Source of the DNA: a virus
Lineage: Duplodnaviria; Heunggongvirae; Uroviricota; Caudoviricetes
Reading direction: 5' to 3' (one strand)
DNA: 39,488 nt
IMG/VR virus record: IMGVR_UViG_3300025644_000002
How positions within the stretch are numbered: position 1 is the stretch's first letter; every line of letters starts with the position of its first letter. Under the pieces are notes generated by a model. It saw nothing but the letters and a program-made list of their open reading frames with translations. It had not been told where the DNA came from and did no database searches. Positions 33,823 through 39,488 of the stretch are shown here, piece after piece. A program made the position numbers and the translations under genes.

Positions 33823-34167
33823 CTATTTATATTTTTTGTCTAGATAGTCTTTAGTAACTCCGTAGGTACCAAATCCTATAGCTAACGTTGGAATGTTACG
33901 TAACAATTTTAATCCTAAACCTTTATACAAAGATTTAAAAGCCTTTAATTTACCTATTGGTTTCGTAAGTTTAGGAGGTTTATTAAAGTCAACATTTTGA
34001 GAGGGAGGAGCCGTCTGACGACGAACTTGTAGGGTATCTAAGGGGTGAAGCAATAAACTGGTAACAGTCCCAGATAATGCTCCTGGGGCTAAATCTAATA
34101 ATAGACGATTAGGTTTACGTTTATTACGCTCAGCGTATTTCATAAACACGTGTTGTGCTTTATCCAT
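33823..34167 (-). CDS. Single-repeat mitochondrial-carrier (Solcar/SLC25)-like membrane protein with DKA leader (114 aa)
   Basis: GALSGTVTSLLLHPLDTLQVRRQ and SLYKGLGLKLLRNIPTLAIGFGTYGVTKDYL match both halves of one carrier repeat; starts MDKAQHVFMKYA. Confidence 0.75.
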   Translation of the reverse strand: MDKAQHVFMKYAERNKRKPNRLLLDLAPGALSGTVTSLLLHPLDTLQVRRQTAPPSQNVDFNKPPKLTKPIGKLKAFKSLYKGLGLKLLRNIPTLAIGFGTYGVTKDYLDKKYK

Positions 34168-34207
34168 GTATTTTATGTCCTTAAAAATAATTATCAATTG
34201 ATATCTC

Positions 34208-34236
34208 AATATAAGTGTTACGAATTTATTTGTAAA
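34208..34236 (-). promoter_or_regulatory. Sigma70-type promoter TTTACA-N17-TATATT heading the late module
   Basis: Read directly; same TATATT-xAGAT-A context as the promoter at 14094. Confidence 0.6.
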
Positions 34237-34263
34237 GGTTTTTTTTATAATTTATGCAATAAA

Positions 34264-34273
34264 GGTATAAGAA
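34264..34273 (+). promoter_or_regulatory. GGTATAAGAA motif, copy 1 of 5 (putative early promoter)
   Basis: Intergenic, upstream of a plus-strand gene. Confidence 0.6.
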
Positions 34274-34301
34274 CTATGTAATAACTAAGGAGATCTATAT
34301 T

Positions 34302-34496
34302 ATGGTATGGTCTACTGGGGTTCAGTGTCCCTACAAACATCAATACGAATTGGCGGCTTGGGCTCAGAAACGCTGGCCTAATGATCCGCCTTCAAAGTAT
34401 GCTAAAATGACTTACAAACGGTTGTATGCTATATGGTGTGCTGCTCATGCAGAAACCGGAATATGGCAATTAGCTAAAAAAGGAGAAACCTTATGA
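34302..34496 (+). CDS. Small hypothetical protein (TGA used as stop)
   Basis: AAGGAG SD, five TGG Trp codons, ends in an ATGA overlap with the next gene. Confidence 0.7.
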   Translation: MVWSTGVQCPYKHQYELAAWAQKRWPNDPPSKYAKMTYKRLYAIWCAAHAETGIWQLAKKGETL

Positions 34497-34669
34497 GCCT
34501 ATGGCCATTTAATTTGAAAGAGTGGATTTTTGGTCCAGACGAAGATCCAGATCCGGACGGACCCTGTATACATGGGTTTCATCCTGATGAAGTTAAAAAT
34601 ATTAAAGAAGACCCCCGCTGTCATTATTGCGGAAAAACCCTCTCAGAACTTGCCGAAACCACTAAGTAA
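34493..34669 (+). CDS. Small Cys/His protein (58 aa; CIHG..CHYC)
   Basis: MSLWPFNLKEWIFGPDEDPDPDGPCIHGF..RCHYCGK, with an upstream AAGGAG. Confidence 0.6.
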   Translation: MSLWPFNLKEWIFGPDEDPDPDGPCIHGFHPDEVKNIKEDPRCHYCGKTLSELAETTK

Positions 34670-34793
34670 CCTACCCACGCTGTCAAAAAGAGAGGTCCAT
34701 TTGGCCTTTCTTTTTATCTCCAAAATTATATACTAAGCGACATATTTCCTTTTGTAATAAGCGCAGCGCGGCTCCGAAATTTTTCAGTATTTG

Positions 34794-34803
34794 GGTATAA
34801 GAA
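34794..34803 (+). promoter_or_regulatory. GGTATAAGAA motif, copy 2 (upstream of the tRNA)
   Basis: Exact copy. Confidence 0.6.
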
Positions 34804-34861
34804 CAGTATGAAGTAGCTTATACTTTCAGAACGAATTTTTTTAACTTAAGACTAAATTAAT

Positions 34862-34933
34862 AGGGGCGTAGTTCAATTGGTAGAGCTCCGGTCTCCAAAA
34901 CCGGCAATGCGGGTTCGAGTCCTGCCGTCCCTG
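34862..34933 (+). tRNA. trnW: tRNA-Trp, anticodon CCA (34895-34897); 3' CCA not encoded
   Basis: Full cloverleaf: AGGGGCG/CGTCCCT acceptor stem, CCGGT-CTCCAAA-ACCGG anticodon arm, GCGGG-TTCGAGT-CCTGC T arm. Confidence 0.97.
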
Positions 34934-34955
34934 CACCTAACAATGGAGAGCACAT

Positions 34956-35171
34956 ATGGCTAAAGATTATCGAATTAAGAGAAATATAATATGGACAGCA
35001 ACCTTTATAATAATAATGATCGGAATGGTTTTTTATAAAAATGACGAAAGACGTCCTACTAAATCACAACAAGCTATTGATGCTTGTATAGCTCAGGGAG
35101 GAGTTCCAACAATAGATGGCTGGCATAATACCATGAAAGATTGTGTATTTCCTCCAGAAAACAACAGATAA
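34956..35171 (+). CDS. Small membrane protein
   Basis: GGAG SD and an N-terminal hydrophobic helix (IIWTATFIIIMIGMVFY). Confidence 0.7.
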   Translation: MAKDYRIKRNIIWTATFIIIMIGMVFYKNDERRPTKSQQAIDACIAQGGVPTIDGWHNTMKDCVFPPENNR

Positions 35172-35182
35172 CCAAAACAAAC

Positions 35183-35428
35183 ATGAGTAAAGAAACCTCA
35201 ACGAAACCTATAGAAGTACGATTGCCCGGGACTTTTATGGATAGATATCTAAAGAAGGGCATGGAAACTTTTATTTTTGGCCAGCCCATTAAGGACATGA
35301 ATAAAGAACAACTTATAGCCACCGTAGGGTGTGTTATAGGAAAAATGGAAAGGGATGCTACATCCGCTCAAGAACATATTACATTTTTAAACGATATTAG
35401 TGCAATTAGAAGGGGCCAGAAGTGGTAA
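35183..35428 (+). CDS. Hypothetical protein
   Basis: Probable start at MSKETS; TAATG junction to the next gene. Confidence 0.6.
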   Translation: MSKETSTKPIEVRLPGTFMDRYLKKGMETFIFGQPIKDMNKEQLIATVGCVIGKMERDATSAQEHITFLNDISAIRRGQKW

Positions 35429-35700
35429 TGAAAGGAACAATAGTTAAGTTAAGACTTCCTATGTTGGGAAACGATACTGGAACTAAGGGTATTTGTTATG
35501 ACATTCAACAGCTAGGTGGTCAAGACCCTCTTTATTTCTATATTTTTGCTAACGGTAATTATGATGGATTTGATAAAGAAGAACGGGAAGAATATTTAGA
35601 AAATGTATGTATGTCTGATATTGACTACGAGTTTACACACGTAATGCAATTAGGGAGGGATTTCTATGGCGGGTGTTTTGCAAGCGTTTGGGAGAGCTAA
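35428..35700 (+). CDS. Hypothetical protein
   Basis: TAATG-coupled ORF. Confidence 0.65.
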   Translation: MKGTIVKLRLPMLGNDTGTKGICYDIQQLGGQDPLYFYIFANGNYDGFDKEEREEYLENVCMSDIDYEFTHVMQLGRDFYGGCFASVWES

Positions 35701-36247
35701 TCGTTCGCCTCAAGATGTGACAGATGAATTATATAACTACCACGCAAGAGAACGCAAAAAAACCAAAAGACTCCCCTTCAAAGAATTTCGACATCAGAAA
35801 CCTGAAGGTGTAATTAGCTCCAGAAATCGAAAATATTATGGAATTAACTACGCCAAGGGGCTTCGAAAACCTTATTATAAACCCATGTCTCAATTCTCCG
35901 AAGAAGATATTGAAGCTACAAAATTAAAGGGATGGTATTGTCTTTGCTGTAAAAGCTGGCATCCCGAATTTCACGAAGCTTGTTGGTGGTGTACCCCCTC
36001 ACACCAACGATATGAAAACAGACATTTAGCCTTTTCACTAATGGTCACCGAACGACATAAAATTCAACGTGAATTAACCATGGCTATGGAAGACCCTTTC
36101 ACTGACGACAACTCTCTTAGGAGAATGGGCGTTGGAGCATCTTCTGATTTTGTAATAGCTAGCGGAGTAAAAGATGACCTTGCTTGGCTTGGAAATCTAT
36201 CTGACTCTTCAACGGGAAGCGCATTATCGCCACCAATAATCACTTAA
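35666..36247 (+). CDS. Hypothetical protein with Cys-rich motif (start uncertain)
   Basis: CLCCKSWH..CWWC motif. Confidence 0.6.
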   Translation: MAGVLQAFGRANRSPQDVTDELYNYHARERKKTKRLPFKEFRHQKPEGVISSRNRKYYGINYAKGLRKPYYKPMSQFSEEDIEATKLKGWYCLCCKSWHPEFHEACWWCTPSHQRYENRHLAFSLMVTERHKIQRELTMAMEDPFTDDNSLRRMGVGASSDFVIASGVKDDLAWLGNLSDSSTGSALSPPIIT

Positions 36248-36251
36248 ACTA

Positions 36252-36524
36252 ATGACAAGAAAAGAACACAACGGCTTCACTATAGTAGTGGACCGTCCAC
36301 CTACAATTTATCGCCCATATATGATAGTATATTCTACCAGATCTCGCGCGCTCCTTCCAAACTTATGCGGGGAAAGCAAGCATTACTATGGAGAAAAAGA
36401 TATAATTAGTAAAGTAATGTCCGAACTTGATAATAAAGATATAACAATAGAGAGAAAAAAACGAGACTCAGTTATAGAGGATGCTATGTTAACTAAAGAT
36501 TTAAAAGTATACAGCAAAAACTAA
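36252..36524 (+). CDS. Hypothetical protein
   Basis: Intact ORF in a co-directional series. Confidence 0.6.
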   Translation: MTRKEHNGFTIVVDRPPTIYRPYMIVYSTRSRALLPNLCGESKHYYGEKDIISKVMSELDNKDITIERKKRDSVIEDAMLTKDLKVYSKN

Positions 36525-36596
36525 ACCCTTAACTCCCCTCCAATTATTCTTCAGAATGTAGTATTATTGGGGGGTTAATATAATGAATGGATTATA

Positions 36597-36863
36597 ATGA
36601 ATACCATATTAATTAAATTAAAAGAATTATTTAAAACTAAAGCAAGAATCATTAAACGTACAGGTCCCGGCCCTAGCACATCTTGGGTTATCCAGCAACC
36701 TCATCACTTATTTAGATGGTGGTGGTGTGATGCTTGGCTCAATAGTTCTAGCGGCGCTAACTGTACCGATAGTTTTGGTACCTTAGAAGAGGCTCAAAAG
36801 AACTTATGCTACTTCGACGGAACTAAATGTACTGAAACCATAGTACTTCAAACAGGAAAATAA
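36597..36863 (+). CDS. Hypothetical protein
   Basis: Intact ORF; five TGG codons. Confidence 0.6.
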   Translation: MNTILIKLKELFKTKARIIKRTGPGPSTSWVIQQPHHLFRWWWCDAWLNSSSGANCTDSFGTLEEAQKNLCYFDGTKCTETIVLQTGK

Positions 36864-36864
36864 A

Positions 36865-37134
36865 ATGTCACAACTACTATTAGAAAACAAAGAATTAAGA
36901 GAACTTCTTTGGATTAATCATGGCCACGACTTTCATGCCCTATACGGAGATGACGGTGAGATGCAATGCGCTGAGTGCCACGTTGACTTTAAACGGCACT
37001 CTCCAGAGCTAATTACCCAAATATGGAAAACTAACTATAACCGAAAACTTAATCAAAAAAAAGAAAATGACACCAGCAATACACCGAATGCAGGAAGCAA
37101 CCAGCCAACAACTCTCGTTAATTCGCAGGATTGA
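36865..37134 (+). CDS. Hypothetical protein (WINHGH..LYGDDGEMQC..C)
   Basis: Intact ORF ending in TGA. Confidence 0.6.
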   Translation: MSQLLLENKELRELLWINHGHDFHALYGDDGEMQCAECHVDFKRHSPELITQIWKTNYNRKLNQKKENDTSNTPNAGSNQPTTLVNSQD

Positions 37135-37276
37135 AGCTAAAGCAGACTTCGCATTCTTCAGTGGAGACTCTATAGAAGACGCTAGTGAATTTATTAATAC
37201 TAATAAACGGCTTGATGCTGTCATATTAAAAAGAAGTAGATTCCCTAGATTCATAGAAGAATCCGACAAGAAATAA
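37067..37276 (+). CDS. Hypothetical protein
   Basis: ORF overlaps the 3' end of the previous gene. Confidence 0.5.
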   Translation: MTPAIHRMQEATSQQLSLIRRIEAKADFAFFSGDSIEDASEFINTNKRLDAVILKRSRFPRFIEESDKK

Positions 37277-37301
37277 CGTAATTAAAATTGCAATGAAATA
37301 G

Positions 37302-37311
37302 GGTATAAGAA
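37302..37311 (+). promoter_or_regulatory. GGTATAAGAA motif, copy 3
   Basis: Exact copy, intergenic. Confidence 0.6.
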
Positions 37312-37319
37312 GTATACGC

Positions 37320-37592
37320 AAGCGATAATAATTACGATAATTTTGTAGCGACAGTCCTTGGGAATTTTGAGGACCTAGCTACCATGATACACCCGGCTGT
37401 TTACCTTACCAGTGTAAATAAGGCCATTCCTTTCGTTTTGGTTGTTTAACAAAGCTCCACGGCTAACTGGTACCACTTAGACTTTGTTATGTAAAGTCAG
37501 GACCTTCAGCGCCACACCGAAAAGCTGAACGCAATTTAAGCCATGCGGCCCCCGTGATTTGTCTCAATTTGAGGACGGGGGCTTCCTTTTTT
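37320..37592 (+). ncRNA. Candidate structured small RNA or leader ending in an intrinsic terminator
   Basis: No long ORF. Stems GTCCT/AGGAC, TTTAC/GTAAA, GACTTT/AAAGTC, TTCAGC/GCTGAA, then GCCCCCGT/ACGGGGGC plus a T run. Confidence 0.4.
37548..37592 (+). terminator. Intrinsic terminator
   Basis: GCCCCCGT..ACGGGGGC-TTCCTTTTTT. Confidence 0.7.
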
Positions 37593-37618
37593 AATTAATT
37601 AATAAATCACATAAATAT

Positions 37619-38116
37619 ATGAAACCCAGTAAACCAATAAAAACGGCTTCTTCTAGAAAAAGAAACGTAAGTTTACAAGACAGAATAGCTAGGGCTAAAG
37701 CTAAGCAGGCTGCTAATAGAAAGAGAAAAGCTTCTCTAAAAAAAATACAACCTATAGTTGCCCCAGAAGAAATTAATCCATTATTTATAGTCAACAAGCA
37801 TGCCTATGAGTACAATCACGCTTTGATGGCCGAACTGTCTGAAGAAGATTTTAATATAGCCGAGGGTGGTAAGTTAGCCGCAGTCGTTGATGGAGTATGC
37901 AGAGGCGTAGGAACTTGGATGACTTTTCCTCCAACAGGTGATAAGGTTTTCTTAGTCACTTTATATTCTCATGAAGAATTTGGAGAACTCGAGTACTCCT
38001 TTATTTATAAGAATGAAGGCGACCTTACTCATGAGTTAACGGAAACTCTACCTTTAGATAAAGCAAACATGGTTATTGGATCACCATTTGAACCATTTCA
38101 ATTTACAGCAAAATAG
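37619..38116 (+). CDS. Hypothetical protein with basic N-terminus
   Basis: Intact 165-aa ORF. Confidence 0.65.
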   Translation: MKPSKPIKTASSRKRNVSLQDRIARAKAKQAANRKRKASLKKIQPIVAPEEINPLFIVNKHAYEYNHALMAELSEEDFNIAEGGKLAAVVDGVCRGVGTWMTFPPTGDKVFLVTLYSHEEFGELEYSFIYKNEGDLTHELTETLPLDKANMVIGSPFEPFQFTAK

Positions 38117-38520
38117 GTCTAATAGAGAGACCTTAATGCAGGAGAGGCCGCTCCTATGGCGTCATAGAGAGGGGTTAATGTGGACTGCTGGGCATTCTTG
38201 ACAGAATGTCTTCTCTAATATTAGTAACGTAGGCACTCTGCACGGAGAAAGCTAAGCTAATATAAAACACGAGCCGTTGGCGGCAAACCTACTCTACGGT
38301 AGGGGCCAACAAAAATGCGGGATACGGGCGGTGATTTTGTCATCACACGACCCTCTCTCGCACAAATTTAAACATGGGACGCAGCGAGGACTCAGCCGGC
38401 TTATGGTAATTATACCCCCGACAACACAGTCTGAGAGTGACCTGGCCGTCCCAGGAGATTGCCCGAGGTGTGGGCGGTGGCGATACTGTTTGCAGATGGG
38501 TTATCGTGTAAGGCAATAGC
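38115..38520 (+). ncRNA. Candidate ~400-nt structured ncRNA
   Basis: GC-richer intergenic region with many complementary stems (see findings). Confidence 0.4.
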
Positions 38521-38556
38521 AATTTTTAACAACAAACTTATGAGGAGCAATTAACT

Positions 38557-38856
38557 ATGGATATGGTGAAAGACTTTCACTATAAAGGATATGATTTTGT
38601 AATCACAGTACGGCTGGGATATAGACGAGAAAAGCACATCGGTGGGAAAGTCTGGCATGAGATCACAGCTATATGCTTACAAAATTCAGAATATAAATAT
38701 CGACAAGAGGTGCTTGATGCCTGGCTCGAACGCGGCGTCGCCGCTGCTGACCAAACCATTCACGCTTTTGTAGATGTTTTGGTGGAGCTTCTACCTGAAG
38801 CTAATTATGTAGCTCCAGAAAAGGATCAACGCCTTTTAGCGCTAGGATTTGAATAA
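38557..38856 (+). CDS. Hypothetical protein
   Basis: GAGGAG SD; intact ORF. Confidence 0.65.
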   Translation: MDMVKDFHYKGYDFVITVRLGYRREKHIGGKVWHEITAICLQNSEYKYRQEVLDAWLERGVAAADQTIHAFVDVLVELLPEANYVAPEKDQRLLALGFE

Positions 38857-38874
38857 ACAGAAAGGAGTGTATTT

Positions 38875-39087
38875 ATGATACGCAAAAAAATTACATTAAC
38901 AGTTGAAGAACGTGTAGATGCACTAATTAAGCACAATGGAAAATTAAAGGTATCTGGCGGAAGTCCTGGCGGCCCTGGCCACACTTTTGCAGAGATGGAA
39001 GACTTTCATGAAGAAAAAAATATGAGAGACTCCTATATCACAGTACCTAGACGCTTTGTAAAAATTACGAGGTCTGGCAATTTTTAG
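38875..39087 (+). CDS. Hypothetical protein
   Basis: AAGGAG SD; intact ORF. Confidence 0.65.
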   Translation: MIRKKITLTVEERVDALIKHNGKLKVSGGSPGGPGHTFAEMEDFHEEKNMRDSYITVPRRFVKITRSGNF

Positions 39088-39097
39088 GGTATAAGAA
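39088..39097 (+). promoter_or_regulatory. GGTATAAGAA motif, copy 4
   Basis: Exact copy. Confidence 0.55.
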
Positions 39098-39214
39098 TAA
39101 CGATGACAAGTAGCAATTAAAAATTACTTAATTTTAACTAGGAGCTATCATGAAGAATTAGATCTCACATAGAGAACCCATACATATTTGAAAAAATCTC
39201 CAGGAATGCGATTG

Positions 39215-39252
39215 AAAAAGGGAGTGTGTGAAAGCACATTTCCCTTTTTTTT
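39215..39252 (+). terminator. Intrinsic (possibly bidirectional) terminator
   Basis: AAAAAGGGAGTGTGT-GAAA-GCACATTTCCC followed by a T run. Confidence 0.75.
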
Positions 39253-39274
39253 ATCTTAAATATTAATAAAATGG

Positions 39275-39284
39275 GGTATAAGAA
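39275..39284 (+). promoter_or_regulatory. GGTATAAGAA motif, copy 5
   Basis: Exact copy, just after a terminator. Confidence 0.6.
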
Positions 39285-39327
39285 TGATAGTGTATCGATT
39301 AAATTAATTAAAATAAAGGAAGAAACA

Positions 39328-39488
39328 ATGTATACACCACAGACGTCCGTAGAGGTGTGCTTTAAAATGGGCTTACCTGAAGGACATGAGTTTACTATAG
39401 GAAGTCTAACCACTAACATCGTCCCTAGAATAGGTGAACGAATCTACCTTACCGGTGTTATTGAGTTACATATACCTGATTCACTTAA
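39328..39488 (+). CDS. Hypothetical protein, truncated by window edge
   Basis: AAGGA SD; MYTPQTSVEVCFKMG.. open to the end of the window. Confidence 0.5.
   Translation, partial: MYTPQTSVEVCFKMGLPEGHEFTIGSLTTNIVPRIGERIYLTGVIELHIPDSL

Noticed and set aside
33823-34167. Eukaryotic or giant-virus origin of the contig (carrier and collagen-like genes)
   Set aside because: SD sites, sigma70-like promoters, intrinsic terminators, a bacterial-type tRNA, bS21 and a terL/protease/capsid module indicate a bacteriophage; the carrier gene carries the phage's own leader.
34530-34736. Track ORF MVQTKIQ...
   Set aside because: Overlaps a better ORF (34493-34669) that has an SD, ATGA coupling and a Cys/His motif.
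38282-38289. GGCAAACC resembling a c-di-GMP-I riboswitch
   Set aside because: The GNRA loop/receptor and the rest of the consensus were not found in the expected arrangement.
38277-38519. 80-aa ORF with TTG start
   Set aside because: No SD and atypical composition; lies within the stem-rich region.

Overview
This is a segment of a large tailed-phage (Caudoviricetes) genome. Positions ~1-34200 form one minus-strand late/virion module. Its genes only become intact if TGA is read as Trp (genetic code 4); the supplied code-11 ORF track fragments them. In transcription order the module holds: (1) about 12 genes sharing an M(K)DKAxx(I/V)FxKxA motif, including a single-repeat mitochondrial-carrier-like protein, two kinase-like paralogs, an SF2 helicase and an HD-like/HExxH fusion; (2) a LigD phosphoesterase-like protein, a nucleotidyltransferase, ribosomal protein bS21 and the terminase large subunit; (3) a prohead protease, scaffold-like proteins, a decoration protein and the major capsid protein; (4) neck/head-completion genes; (5) a ~1970-aa multi-domain glycosyltransferase and DUF6165; (6) a >1800-aa Gly-X-Y Ser/Thr-rich fiber that runs off the left end. 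Positions ~34260-39488 are a plus-strand block of small hypothetical genes, a tRNA-Trp(CCA), five GGTATAAGAA motifs and two structured non-coding regions. This block uses only TGG for Trp, suggesting recoding restricted to late genes. All translations, counts and family calls were made by eye with no database search.
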